Made by a program: the position numbers and the translations under genes. This document shows, piece by piece, positions 11,559-25,089 of a stretch of 64,000 nucleotides of DNA (positions within the stretch are counted from its first letter, which is position 1; each line of letters opens with the position of its first letter). The notes beneath the pieces were generated by a model, which was given only the letters and a program-made list of their open reading frames with translations, was not told the origin of the DNA and ran no database searches. The stretch covers positions 107,634,001 through 107,698,000 of the forward strand of contig NC_087437.1 in the NCBI RefSeq assembly GCF_036321535.1. The letters run 5' to 3'. Origin of the DNA: Camelus dromedarius. Taxonomy: Eukaryota.

Positions 11559-13614
11559 TGTAGCCCAGCTCTCAGCACAATGGGCACTACTCAGAAACTG
11601 CAGATAGCGTCTTCCCTCTCTGCCTTCTCAGCTGCAAATGGAATGTCTTACATCCTTCTCCAACCAGAACTTTTTAAATCAGCAATAACTCACTAAACGC
11701 CTGAGGGTAAAACAGGGCTAATAATATTGAGGACAAAGTCTAAACTTTGAAAGCAGTGGCTTCCAGAGCTTAAGCACTGGAACATGCTTCTGTGTGTGAG
11801 TGAGCCAGAGGCAAGCGATGAAAGTCACGGGCATTTGAATTTAACCACAGGGGGCTGCATGTTCTGCGCCTGGAGGTTGTGCCTATTTATTTCTGAGGAT
11901 GGCCTGGCTAATCCCAGGGGGAGATGGCATATTAAAATTTGAGCAGAAACCCAAGGATAAGTCTGCACAATCTTTTACCATTAGGAAAAACTACATGGAC
12001 AATTGTGAGAGGTAAACAGCAGCATATTTGGTATGCACTTCACTGTCCTCAACCTTTTTACTTCAAGCTCTTTTAAATATTTTTAAAATTATTATTTTTA
12101 TAGAGTTTTAGTATCTAAATGTATTATTCATATTTGCTAATTTTGCCATTACTAAGTCTTCCTTCCCTGCAGCTCCAGGCTCCCGTCACACAGGGGACTG
12201 ACTGTGTTCCCACCCTTCACCCTGGGAGTGAAGGTCAGAGAATGACAAGGGGTAATAGCTGATTTACAGGAAACACTTAGCCACTTCCTATGTCACCATT
12301 CAATCAGCAAGACACAGCAGCTTTAACGTCATCATTTGTGCCTTGACCCGGTGACTGCCCATTAAGCAGAGGAAGGGCAAAGCCTATCAGTAGCTTAGCA
12401 ACCAGCCCATTTTCCTTTCCACTGGAGGTGAGCAGCTTTTCCGGAACAATTCCGGCCCAATTGACGTCCATCTGACTGAGCAGTTTCCTTCCTCCACTGA
12501 AATAGGAAGATCCTACAATTATGCACTTACCCCTGATCTGGATGTCAGGGTTTAGACTCATTAAAGGAAACCTTATCCAATTGGATGAATTTCGAGAATA
12601 GAATACAATTCCTGAATTAGAAGACCTATAAAATGCTGTTTCATTTGTTCACTGTCTTCTCTTCTCCCTATTCCTATGGTCTACTCACCTTTTTTCTCCA
12701 GGATGCCTCTTCCCCAAACTTTCTGGTAGGAGCGAGGCAGACAGATGAAAGAGAAGCAGTAAAAATGCACGGATTTAAATCTCACGGAACTGGGTGTTTT
12801 GCCCTTCACAGCAGTTAGCTATCTGGAGGGACAGTCTTTTCTACAAGGCACACAGATGAAGAGAATTTCAAGGCAACATTTGAGGGTAAATGAACTGTTC
12901 CAAATGGGCTATTGTCATCTGTAGACATTGCCCTAGAAAATGTTTGAAATAACATACATTTCAAAGCAGGTTTAAAACAAGTTAAAGCAAATATACTGAA
13001 CTAATTTTTGCTTTGATGAAGAGATACATTTTTTGAGAAATATGAATGTAATTTGGTTTTGGAAACTGTTGTATTATATCTGAGATCATTTTTTTTCTCA
13101 TGGGTTGTAAAATGCTGTTCTCTGAAACCAATGGAAAATATGTTTCTTATTAGCTAGTAGACTTCAAAAGTAACAAAATTTATTATAAGATTATGTTATT
13201 TTAAATATATTCTAAATTTTGGCAAAAATAAAAAAATGATTTTTTCTAATAGTTGATAAAAACGAATTTATCTGTTGAGTGGTGATTTGCATGCATACAA
13301 ATGGAGTTACATTTGATTAAATTTTTACACTGTAATGTTGCCAAAATTTTCTAAAACTTCTAACCGTTCCAGGTTCTAACTCTAGGAACTAGGCAGTAGC
13401 CTCTTTGCCTACCAATAAGATATTTAGAACATATAACCATTAGTTAACTATTTCTTGTGAATTATGGTGGATTTTTAATGGTGGACTCTTACAAGTAAAT
13501 TAATGGGAAAATATTTTTATCAAAAATAAAATTCTTTAATATTGATGTTTTGCCCTTCATTCCTAGAGGGACATTTTCTTAGTTTATACAGTTTGTCTCC
13601 CACAGAGAATGTAC

Positions 13615-13995
13615 AGTGTGCAGTACATGGTCAGATTGTTTAATCTCATTTCCTGCTTCCCTGGTTTATGTCAAGACCTCAGAGAATAGGAGAAGGAGAT
13701 GAGGAAAGTGAAACAGGAAATGAGGTAAAAGGTGATCATAACTAGGCAACAGGGCCTCAATCCATTGGCACCTTAAAATCGTTTGACCGTGGGAAGGAAG
13801 AGAAGTGTTACCCACTGGCTTCCATCCCCCATTGGTCAAGGAAAGACCCAAAGAGTTTTAACCTCCTCAGCTTTCTAGGTTTGCTTAAGCACCTGGGCCA
13901 AACAGATTCTCCTCACCCCATCAGAGAAGACTGGCAAAGAAACTAAGAGACTCTTGGAAGGGCTGAAGCAAGAAGCTTTCGGGTGCACTTCTGTG
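13615..13995 (-). mobile_element. ERVL-type LTR (LTR16-like)
   Basis: 'gaaagtgaaacaggaa...ggcaacagggcctcaatccattgg...ttacccactggcttccatcccccattggtcaagg' resembles antisense LTR16. Confidence 0.55.
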
Positions 13996-14551
13996 AAGCT
14001 GATTCCTGTAGCTGGAGTAAAGGTGAATTAAACAGCCTTTATAGTAAACACAAGAAATGTCCTATTCCATCTATCGCTTTTCTTCTCAAGTCCAGCCAGT
14101 GAGTTCCACTACGTCAAATCCATCCCACAGCCCTGAAGGAAGAGGCCAGCCACAGTCCGCTCTAAAGCCTTAACACTGAACTTGACTTTTGAGTTGGCAA
14201 AAGGAGGTCTGCTTAGACCTTAGTTGCTTTGTACTTGTTGAAGTGTGTTTGCAGCAATTTTACATTACAATTAGCACTGGAAATGAAAGCACCATGAAAC
14301 ACTCTAGTGAATACCTCAGGTTCAAAAAATAGTCCTTCCTGCCCTCATTCGTAACAGTAACCCTAGATCCTTTTGGTATTCATGCTGCATTACCTCCCCA
14401 CCCCCAACACCCCGTGATGTCACATCTCTTCCATTGGTCCACTTATTCACAGGAATGGAAGCACAGAGTGGCCAGGTTCTACCTTCTTGATCAGTGGATC
14501 TCCTTTTGTATAGGACCTGTTCTCCTCCAAAGGACAAATTGATCTGTTTCA

Positions 14552-15005
14552 TGTGATAGTGGGGCTAGGCTGCAGTTCCCAGCTACTCGAAAACTCATCT
14601 GCGTGTTTTTGTGAAGGTATTTCATAGATATGATTCAAGTCCATCGAGGGGTGACTTTTAAGTAAGAGAGATTATCCTAGATGATCTGGGTAGGTCTGTT
14701 TAGGTCACTTGAAAAGTCTTAAGAGCAGAGATGAGGCTTCCCTAAGGAAGAAAGAATTGCCTGTGAACAGTACCTGTAGACGGTGCCCCAGAGTTCTAGC
14801 CTGCCTTTCCTGATAGTCTGCCCTTCAGATTCCTGACTTTCAGATTTGCCTAGCAAGCCTTCACAATCACACAAGTGATTCATTGCAAAAACACCCTTTC
14901 TTTCTCCCTTTGTCCCTCCCTCCCTCCTTCTCTCTATCTCACATACAGACACAGGTTTTGTTTCTCTGCTGATTCTGTTTCTCTGGTTGAATCCTGGCTG
15001 AGTCA
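14552..15005 (+). mobile_element. ERVL solo LTR (MLT2D/E-like)
   Basis: Starts tgtgatag; 'gtgaaggtatttcatagatatgatt...taagtaagagagattatcctagatgatctgggtagg...aagagcagagatgaggcttccc'; ends 'ttctgtttctctggttgaatcctggctgagtca'. Confidence 0.85.
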
Positions 15006-15790
15006 GGCTCCGTCTCTTCCTGTCTCTGAACTCCCTCTTGCTTAGGCCACTGTTTTAAAGAATGTTAATCTTAGGCAAGTCCGTGATTGGCCACAGTTTA
15101 TATTTGGAGGCCTTTCACATGCTCTATCAACGTCATCGACTTATATTCCTTTCTATTCCACTCATTTTGACCTATAATGTAACAAGTTTCCTTAAATTCT
15201 TGCTGAGATATTAGGTGAACAGGTAGCAGACACATTGTTGACTAAAAGAACTTTGAGTAACTAAAAAACGTTAACTAAACAAGTGTCTAAGAAATGAAAT
15301 TAAAATGATAGGATGACAGGTGGCAGGTTTGATAGTTTCATGTTAGCCATTTCTTTGGCACAGATGCAATAAGGAATTCATTAAATATCCCTTTGGAACC
15401 AAAGCCACTTTGGTGAGTAATGGCGCTTCAAACAAAAATTGAGCATTTTCTTATTGAAACGTCCCACGGGTTAAATGTTCTCTGTTGAAATACAATCAGC
15501 TACTATGTAAGCCTAACTATTTCTCTTCCAAGACGCATAATTAAATAATAGGTCTCAAGCAAATGGTATTGATGTAATAAAATATATATTTATAAATTCT
15601 ATGGGCATTTAATGTCACTGATGTTAGAAGAGGGAGTAGTTTCAATTTAGCTAATTGATTTAACATGATCAAGCTATTTATAACTGAAAATTAATGCAAA
15701 TGAATGTATTTTATTAAATTCTAGTGCTGTAGTTTAATATAATTATATTATTTATATGATTTACAATTATTTTAAGTATGTATACCTATA

Positions 15791-15793
<3 letters not shown>

Positions 15794-15829
<36 letters not shown>

Positions 15830-15852
15830 TATGTATATACATATATATGTAT
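15794..15852. repeat. (TG)n microsatellite grading into (TA)n
   Basis: About 14 perfect TG units, then TATG/TA mix. Confidence 0.95.
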
Positions 15853-15898
15853 AAACTCCCATGAAATTGAATTAATCACAAAGAACTGAGACAATACC

Positions 15899-16315
15899 TG
15901 TATTTGTCAGTCTGAGCGCCTTTAACAATAGTGGCTTAATCCATATAATGTTGATTTTAATCAAGCAGAAGCTGTTTCATTCATACTACATATACCATGT
16001 GTGTTAGCAGATCACTTTGTCCACAAAGGGCCCTGCTTAATGGAGGCTCCCCCATCTCGAACACATGGCATCACTATAATTTACCATCTTTAGCTCATCA
16101 TCTCATAGCTATACCATTTTCAAAGCAAGGTCTTGCTATAACCTCAATAAGATAAGAAGGTGGAGAACTGCATTTACTTTTTACTACCTCACCTCCAATA
16201 TGCCACTTTTCACTCTTTGTTACATTTCATTGGCTGGAGATAATCACATGACTCAATTCAAGGTGACTAATAGGCAGTTGGAGTGCTTGTTGAGTATCAC
16301 TTTCTTTGCTATAGG
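15899..16315 (-). mobile_element. Old MaLR LTR (MLT1I/J-like); its internal flank appears to resume after the L1 at ~17300-17440
   Basis: 'aatagtggcttaa', 'atggaggctcccccatctcgaaca', 'tacatttcattggctggagataatcacatgactcaa'. Confidence 0.55.
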
Positions 16316-16319
16316 CCAC

Positions 16320-17295
16320 TTTTTTTTTTTCAGAGTAATTTTAGATTCACAGCAAAATTGAGAAGAAGGTGTGGAGATTTCTCATATACTCTCTTTCCCC
16401 ACACATGCAAGGCCCCCACACCCTCAACCTCTCACACCAGAGTGATCCATTTATTAAAGCTGACGGTTTACATGAACATATTATAATCATCCAAAGTCAG
16501 TAGTTTACATTAGGGTTCATTCTTGGCATTGTATATTTTATGGGTTTTGCAAATGTATAACAATATATGTCCATAAATATAATATCAGAGCCGAATTCTC
16601 ATGGCCTTAAAACTTCTTTGAGCTCTGCCAATGCATGCATCTCCCCATTCAATCTCTGGCAGCCTCTGACATTTTTACTGTCTCCATAGTCTTGACTTTT
16701 CTAGAATGTCATTTAGATGAAATCTGAGAGTATATAGCCTTCTCAAATTGGCAGTAATATGCATTGAAACTTCCTCCATGTCTTTTCATGGCTTGCTAGC
16801 TCAGTCCTACTTTTAGTGCTAAATAATGCGACATAATCTGGATGTTCTGCAGTTCATTTATCCATTCATCTATTGAAGGACATCTTAGTTGCTTCCAAGT
16901 TTTAACAATCATAAATAAAGCTTCCATAAACATCTGTGTGCAGGTTTTTGTGTGGACATAAGTGTTCATCTCCTTTGGGTAAATACCAAGGAGTGCAATT
17001 GCTGGGTCATATAGTAAGAGTAGTTTTAGTTTCATACAGCTCTCAAGCTGTCTTGCAAAGTGGCTGCTCCATTTTGTATTCCTACCAGCAATAGATAAGA
17101 GTTTCTTTTGTTCCACATTCTTTCTTTATCAGTGTTCTGTATTTTGGCCATTCTAATAGGTGTAAATTGGTATCTCTTTGTTGTTTTAATGTGCACTTCC
17201 CTGATGGCATATGCTGTGGAGCTTCTTTTTAGATGTTTAGTTGCTGTCTGTGTATCTTCTCTTGTGAAATGTCTGATAAGTTTTATTTTTTTTTA
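16320..17295 (-). mobile_element. L1MC1-like ORF2 C-terminus and 3' UTR
   Basis: Poly(T), then 'ttttagattcacagcaaaattgagaagaagg'. ORF 16796-17116(-) contains YDPAIALLGIYPKEMNTYVHTKTCTQMF...WKQLRCPSIDEWIN, the L1 ORF2p C-terminus. Confidence 0.92.
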
Positions 17296-19299
17296 ATTTT
17301 ACAGTCCATTCTTACAGCCTCCAAAATTCCTTTGCTCTCTATCCTTATATATAAAACTTATTCAACTCTTCCCCAAAACCTACATCCCAAGGTCTCATCA
17401 GTTATTGTCTCCTGCTCAAAGAACAGAATCCCTAGTTGATGTGTGGTAGATTACTAAATAAATTAAAATATGGGGTCAAATGGGCCAAATGATTGTTCAT
17501 AATATTTTGGTGTCTCTAAAAATAAGAAATATAACAACTATATGAATCCAGCTAGGTTGTGAATACTTGAGGATATTTGTAGATTTTTACAGCTTGTAGT
17601 AAACTTGAGGTCTGAAAATTATGTCAGTTAGAAGATTTTCAGAATAATTCTTTAAAAAGTTATAGTTAAAAAACAATGAAAAAATATCAATAACACCAAG
17701 AAGAGATAAATATAAAATATTAACAGAAGGAAATAGAAAAAAAATAAATTGTTACGTGTAGGAAGTCTTTCTTAGTTCCCTACCACTTGGTTTGTGAGAT
17801 AATTGAGTTTAACTTAATTTGATTTTCCTTTCTTTTACCCCATAATGACCTATATGAATGTAACGTTGCTAATATAATAGAACATTTTATGGTGCTTTAA
17901 GCTTTTTATTGGTTTGTTTTGGTACCTCAACAGCTGAAATGGAATAGATGACTAAATTAACTATTGTTTCTTATATACTTGCTGAAATGCGTGAGATGTT
18001 ATTTTTGCCTTCAGGAATTCTTTAAGATTGAAGGCGGAGAAGAATAGCAGGATAACTAGTGAGTAATATTCTAAATTAGTGAAATGAACACAGTTAACAC
18101 TGATTCATCTGTGACTCTTATAAACCCTAGCTGGAAACAATGCCATGCAATGGGAACTGTACATGACGACTGCCTTGATTTCTTCTTTAGAATGAGAAGG
18201 GGTTAAACTAACCCATCACTAAACAGAAATCATCAATTCACCCACATTATTGAATATAATGCAAATAAAAGATGCATTTATATTTTCAAGGTATTACACA
18301 TCAGTGTATAAGAATAGAATATAATAGTTTATGCATTTTTTGAACAATATTAAACAGATTTGTTAACTATCATCTAAGATAATTATGAAGGATACAAACA
18401 AACTTACTATGTGGAAGTACATTAGAGATACCACTTAGACAGAATTAGAATTCAGTAAAGACTGGATTTGAATATACTATCTCCATTTGGAAGTTATTAA
18501 ATGTTATTGAAGTTATTAAAATTCCCCATCACAGTTCTCTTCTCTATATTATATATCTCATGAAGTATAGTAATTTGATAAGACTTGTTTCTTTCCTGTA
18601 TGCCTTCATATATTCCACAGGGGCAAAGTGTTTCTTAACTTGGGAATTTATGACCATTGTTAAGAATATATGAGACAGATAAATCCCTCATTCTATTTTT
18701 TTAAAGCAAACAAAAAACAAAAAAACCCTAGGTAGATGGATCAAATATATGTGTACATGTACTATATATGTACACATATATGTACACATCCATAGACACA
18801 TACATACATGAAGGCTAAAGAAATTTACCATATAGGACTATAGTTTCTTATCATAATGCCACAGAGTGCGACAAATGGAGCCATCCACATGTTTGACTGG
18901 GCTGAATGTTTTCTGTGGGTTTTAGTTTGTTCTTGTCCCAGGAGATTCAGTCTGCAATCTGTGCTGTAATGTGCACCTTTTAAAAATTTCTTCCCTTTTT
19001 CATTTCTTTCTTTAATCAGAGCATCATCACTAATACAGTCACTGCATGTGCCCGTTCAGAGCTCAGACCAGAAGTATCCATCCCTTGTGAACCAGATGAT
19101 CTCAAGCCCAAAAGTCAGGCTGAGGCAAAGCTTCATTCTTCTTACAAGCAGACACTAACTGAGTTTTTCTTTTGTTCTGAATGGTGCCTTATGCCCTGAC
19201 AGTTTAATACTCGTCCTCTTTTTTGGAGAATATCTTACAGCAAGGCCCCTGCTGCCTGGCCCCTCTAAAGCAATTGTCTTCCTATTAACATAGCCCCTT

Positions 19300-19480
19300 G
19301 TTAAGATTCCTTCACATCACACCACACCACATCAGACGTGTGTCTCTATATTTTTGTCTATTTCACCCACTAGAATTTAAGTTCCATGAGAGCAGAGATC
19401 TTTTCTGTTGGTTGTACCATTGTCCCCAACACCTTACACTGAATGAGGGCTCAAGGAATCATCTGCTGATTAATGGATTA
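19300..19480 (+). mobile_element. L2 3' end
   Basis: 'cccactagaatttaagttccatgagagcagagatcttttctg...ctcaaggaatcatctgctgattaatg'. Confidence 0.75.
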
Positions 19481-20775
19481 GTATCGCTGTTAATGTAACT
19501 TTACTCAGAGGTACTCAGTGAGTTTGCCTAATTAGTGAGCCAGCCCTTTTTGTAAGTCATACTTTATCTTCTCTGGGAATTTAGTAGGTTGTAAATTACA
19601 GAGGAAATTCCAAGGGGGCAAGGTTTTTGTAGCACCGTATCAACGTTGGCCTCTAGTAAGGGCAGTTGTAACCTCCTAGGAAACAATCATCACCTTAAGG
19701 CACTTCTCTAAAGAATTCAAGGTGTACTGAAAACCATTCCCAGCACTCACAGTGACCAGGGCAGTAATTGTGCTGATTACCAGCCACTTAGTCGAATCCA
19801 TCATATAGTTCAAAAAAACAATATCCTTTAGCAACTGCTCATGAATCGTGTATCTTCAGGGAACTTCTGATACTGAGAACCTATGAAATCTTTCATTAAA
19901 GCAGACTGGTAGCCATAAAATAAAAAGAACTTAGGTTCTGACCTTTAGTAATAAAAGTGAGCTTGGTTTTATTTTCTTTGATAAAACTTTCACAACCCAT
20001 TTGGAGAAAAAAAAATGATGCCTGTTTATTAGTCAATAAATATAACTCTGGATACCTGACACAGTGTACCCAAGAGTGCTCACATATTCTTAAAATGTGA
20101 TTTTTTTTCTGTCACAAATTCATGATATGCTGCTTGGAACACTCAAGTTTGGCTAATGCAAGGTTCTTTGATGAGGTAATACAGATCTGGAAAGTGTCAC
20201 CATGGAAAAAAAGGGATCTCTCCAATCTTTCACTATGAGAAAGCCAGTGTTTTAGACATGATGTTCCCTTCTTTTGAAGGAACATATTTCAAATGGTGGA
20301 AAAGAAACTGCTGTTTCAGATTTGTTTCTAAAACACTTTAATATTTTACTTCAATTTCTGTATGATGTGTCTATGGTTAAAAGAATATTAGGGTTGGGGT
20401 TAGCGATGCAACTGTTGGTTTGGGGTTGGCGAGATAGAGGTTTTTCCTTCCTCTGGGAACAAGAGACGCACTGTTGGAATTAAAAATGTTATAACCTGCA
20501 CTAAATATAAGAAAAATAATTTTCCCTTAGCACATGCATTTCTGTTTTGGCAGACAAATTTTTATCAGGCAGGTCTACTGTTTTGATTAAAATCATCTGA
20601 CAGCCCTCAGTTATAGCTGTCAAAAGGAGAAAAAGGAAGCATCATTCCCAGAAGTACCTTCTGTAATTTTAGAAGAGCAGGACCCTTCATCTTCAGAAAT
20701 GAATGTCAAGTAGCATAGTTGTTCTGTGAACCTCCTAGCATAGCACCTCCCACTGGGATAAATATTTTTCTGGAG

Positions 20776-21050
20776 CAGTAGGTCTGTACACCTTTGTTTC
20801 TGAAGCCCCCTTTACACTCTTGATAATTTTAAAACACAAAAAATACACAAATATCCCATTCTGTTATCGCCCCAAGTGATGACATCATCACATGTCCTGT
20901 AACCTCCGGAAAACTCCACTATACAACTTGCAAGAGGATGAGAGTGAAAAAGACAGTTTACATCTTAGCATTATTTAAAAAAGAAGCATGTCCTCATAGA
21001 ACTACTGAAAAGACCGACGGTGGTTTCAGAACCATACCCTGAAAAGAGTG
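20776..21050 (+). mobile_element. hAT-Charlie MITE (MER119-like), internally deleted
   Basis: 'ccccctttacactctt', 'cctccggaaaactccactatacaacttgcaagaggatgagagtgaaaaagaca...catcttagcattat' match recalled MER119. Confidence 0.75.
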
Positions 21051-22399
21051 TTATTAATGTGTTAAAGAAAGTCTAAGGGATTGACTAGAAGGCAGGATTT
21101 GAGAATTGCTCAATGTTACTCTCTACTTCAACTTAGTATAACTAAACTATAATTAATATAGAACTAACTAGGGAGCAGTATTTGGCAAAGAATTTAATCC
21201 AATATCATATGTCAGTACATTTGTTCACCTTCTTCCAAAATTAATCTTCAAGTCTTCCTGAATAAGTTCTATTTTTGTTGTTACTAGCAAAAGCAGATAT
21301 TTAATTGAATAAAACCCCATTTACTTAAATTATTAATAAATTAAATAATTAGCCTTGCCATTTGAATATTAGTTCATGTTTCTTTATCACGAATACTGAT
21401 TCTAGGCAATCTTAATTAAATACATTCTGTTGGAAACTCTAAATTGTTCTCAAAGGTATTTAGATCTGTTAGGGAAAGTAGCTAAGTACAGAAATAGCTA
21501 TGACGCAAGAGAGATTATGTTCGGCACATATCACCTTTACTATCAGGGAAAGCTTCGAGAAGGAGTAAAGTGTTTAATGTGAGCTATGTTACTCATGCAA
21601 TAAAATGGGTGCAACTTAGTAGTTCTTGTAATGAATTTGCATTCCCATGAGTGATCTTGGTGACTCAGACTTCTTACACCCTGAAAGACTCATTCTCACA
21701 AGAGACATCGGAAATAGACAATGAATTTTCTATTTAAATTTGTTTTCCTTAGATTGTTTAGATAATTATAGGAAATAGTAGAGATGTTTTGAAATGTCTT
21801 TCCCTTAGGTACAAGAGATTGATTTAATTTAGGGCTGGGACTGAAAGTCTGAATTCAGACAATACTCATCCTTAATCAGTATGTTACTCAGACAATTCAG
21901 GTGATATGAAACAAATTTCATTTGGCAGAGAGCTCAAAGGATCTTTATTTGAGCCACACACAAGAATAATGCAATAAATAGTTTCTAAAGAAACTTATTA
22001 TGAGAAGAAGGTGTCCAGCATTTCTAACAAAGATGTGAACTAAAATATTTTCTTGAGGTGTATGCACAGATTATTACAGACTGTACTTCAATCACAATCA
22101 GATAAGAAGATGAGAACTTGTGGAGATTCAAAAACTATCTACCTTTAAGTTTGTTTGTTTTAAATAAAATGACTATCCATTTAGGAAATTATCTTAAAAA
22201 AGTCTATATTATTTTGATATATCTTTTCTAAACAGATTGGTTTAAATTTATAGAAAATGTAATACATTTGAATCTTTAATGAAACACAGAATGTTATAAA
22301 TATTCTAAAAGAAATTCAACATGTGCTTATTATGTATATAATGGACACCAGTTGGTCTAGACTACAGTCACATTGTACTTTGAGTTTAGATGTGTTTTT

Positions 22400-22580
22400 A
22401 GTATACATTTTCATTGAGCCTCATAGCTTCATTGAAATGGAGGTACTATTAGTATCAGTCCTATTTTTAGTTTTGAGGAGACTCATGTTAAATCACTCAA
22501 TTTTCCTGAGCCTAAGTCATAGAGCAGGAGGACCCAGGTCCTTACTTATACTGACTCTTTTGTCAGTATGGTCTTTCCCA
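22400..22580 (-). mobile_element. MIR SINE
   Basis: 'ttcattgagcctcatagc...gaggtactattagtatcagtcctatttttagttttgaggagactca'. Confidence 0.6.
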
Positions 22581-23261
22581 TCACACCACAACTTTGTCTA
22601 CATGGGGTGACCAATATACCATCCTTTCTCGTTCTTTTATGCCCTTGGGAAATAAAGGATTAAATGTTGTTTAGCTTCATCAGTAGCCTTATCAAAACCT
22701 TAGCACTCTCCTGAAATCTCTTGTTAACTTGCTAATAACTCATCTTTTATTTTTTTTTTTTCATGGCAAATGTTTGTGTTCCATAACTGGACATCAAAAA
22801 GTTTAAAGTGAAAATGAGGTAGAAAAGTGACTTAAGATATATTCACATTACAATACAATAAGTAAATAACAAACAAATCAACCAGAATAAATCTGTGATG
22901 GTAGGACAATAGCAGAACAGCAGTTTTAGACAGGGGACCACACCCTTCCAGTACTCCAAATGTACCTGGATGAATTAAGAATCTCTCTCTTCCCCAGGTG
23001 AGAACCTGCCTGAGCTAGTCTGAGATTTTCATCATCCAAGAAAATTCCATTCTAGAAGACAGACTAGATAACTCTGAGATGCCCATTCGAAATTACCTTA
23101 GAGTGCAGATAATCTATCAAGATTTAATTATGTGTTTTGACTGACTGCTTTGACTAGTTTATACCCAATGAAATTGCCATTAATTTTATGTCAACATCAC
23201 CTTGATAATTTCATATAGTTCAACATGATATCCTCCTTGTACGTGAAACAATAAAGTATTT

Positions 23262-23480
23262 TCTTTAAGGGTATGAACTTTGGGGTTCAAAGACCTTCAT
23301 TCATATGTAGTCACGCACTTGCCCATGCTAATGAGGGCAGGTCAATTAACTCTCTAATGGACATGATTGTAACAGAGACAGGCCTTATAAACTTGTTGAA
23401 GATTGACTGCAACTATGAATATCTTTCTATTTAGCACAGTCCTAGATACCATAGTAGTATCCAATAAATAATAGATATCG
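23262..23480 (+). mobile_element. MIR SINE
   Basis: 'taagggtatgaactttggggttcaaagacct...gggcaggtcaattaactctct...ttagcacagtcctagataccatagtagtatccaataaat'. Confidence 0.65.
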
Positions 23481-24059
23481 TAGGGCTAATATTATTACTC
23501 CTACACTCTAACTTTGAGCCCTACCTAGCTTTCTCACCCAAAAAGACTTACTGATTACTTCTGATGAGCCAGGACTGTACCTCCATTTTTTTACCTTATT
23601 CTTGTCATGGTTAGTCATACAGTGCCTTCTATACTTGGTGTTCTGAGGATACCTACTTGCATGAACTTGGTTAGTGCTGATACCGGAATTTGGTCATTAA
23701 ACCTATAGCTCTTCATGCCAAGAAATCTCTGTCCCATATGTGACTTAGAAGGTAGACCACCTTTACACTTGGATTCATACACACAAGTTTTGGAAACATT
23801 TACAAATAATTTTGCTTTTGAGACAATATGAAGAGAATATTTTCAGTACTCTATAATAAAGTTAGGTGTAAAATATAATATATGTTACTCCCCAGACCTC
23901 ACTATTATTTACTCCTGGCCCTGAGCAATCAAGATTTTATACTTGCTCTTCTACTAGTCTCCCAGACATTCTTTTGCAATTGTTCCTTCAAATTCACAAG
24001 CAGACTAGAATCACCTTTCCTAGCCATTGACCTCTTCACGTCTTGGCTCTGACTGCTGT

Positions 24060-24168
24060 GCAGCCTCAATTATAAATTCCCTGAGGACAGCCTCTGCATT
24101 ATTCACCTTTGCATTTGACTAGCACATAGTCTCGCATATTAAAAGCACCCAATACATATGTTAAACAG
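24060..24168 (+). mobile_element. L2 3' end
   Basis: 'attataaattccctgaggacagcc...ttattcacctttg...tagcacatagtctcgcatattaaaagcacccaatacatatgtt'. Confidence 0.65.
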
Positions 24169-24613
24169 AGCTGACATTACCATTCAAATTATAAGTTATT
24201 ACAAAAACATGTTTGAAAAATTTATACTTGCAACTGGAAACACTTAGAAAATGTCTTTGTTTGTTCATGTTAAATAGTAGATCGCCTAATGGAAATGTTT
24301 TCAGGTCTCACAGACCAACCATGACGGTCCATTAACCCATTCAGTAGCTGAAATAATACTACCAGAAAAAAAAAAAAATTCTTCCTGTGTGTCTCAGTAC
24401 CCCTTCAATTCTGTCGAGTACTTGATGCCAGAACATCTTGCCTCTAAGTCATGATTCTTTTGCTGGGTGGGGATACGGGTGGTTGCTTCAGTTGTTAGAA
24501 ATTAAGGCTATATAATTGCCAAGGAGCTTTGCAGGGGAAAAGTTCTGCAAGAGGAAAATTCCTCAAGTTCTGCTGTGTGTTTGTATTCACAAGAAGCATT
24601 CTGGTGGCTCAAT

Positions 24614-24827
24614 CTGGGCTTCACAATATGGTAGCCAACAGTCACATATGACTACTTACATTAAAATTTTAATTAACTAAAATGAAGTAAAATGAAAACT
24701 TCAGTTCTTTAGTCATACTAAACGTATTTCTAGTGTTTATAGCTACGTGAGGCCAGGGCCTAGCAAATTGGAGAGTAGAGATATTGAGCATTTTTTCATC
24801 TCTTATACTTATATTGGACAGCATTAG
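24614..24827 (+). mobile_element. hAT-Charlie MITE (MER3/MER33-like)
   Basis: 'caatatggtagccaacagtcacatatgactact...aaaacttcagttctttagtcatacta...tattggacagcattag'. Confidence 0.8.
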
Positions 24828-25027
24828 TCCAAACAGTTATTGGTAGGAGAACAATTGGAGAACAACTGGGTGTCAGAAGGGCAGAGAGTAATGTGTAACT
24901 CACATTATCAGGGAGGGTCAGTATAGGACAGTCATGATCTCAGAAATGCCTTGGCAACTTCCAACTGTTGGATACATTAACATGCCTCTCCCACCTGAAA
25001 CTGAAATTCCAGCTTCTCTTTATTTGA

Positions 25028-25089
25028 TATCTATGTATCTATCTATGTATCTATGTGTCTATCTATCTGCCTATCTATCTATCTATCTG
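25028..25089. repeat. Imperfect (TATC)n microsatellite
   Basis: tatctatgtatctatctatgtatc...ctatctatctatctatct. Confidence 0.9.

Noticed and set aside
12304..12561. 85-aa minus-strand ORF
   Set aside because: No recognisable homology or splice context; the region is better explained as regulatory or ancient-repeat sequence.
16796..17116. 106-aa ORF with real protein similarity
   Set aside because: It is the C-terminus of L1 ORF2p in a truncated, decayed L1, not a host gene.
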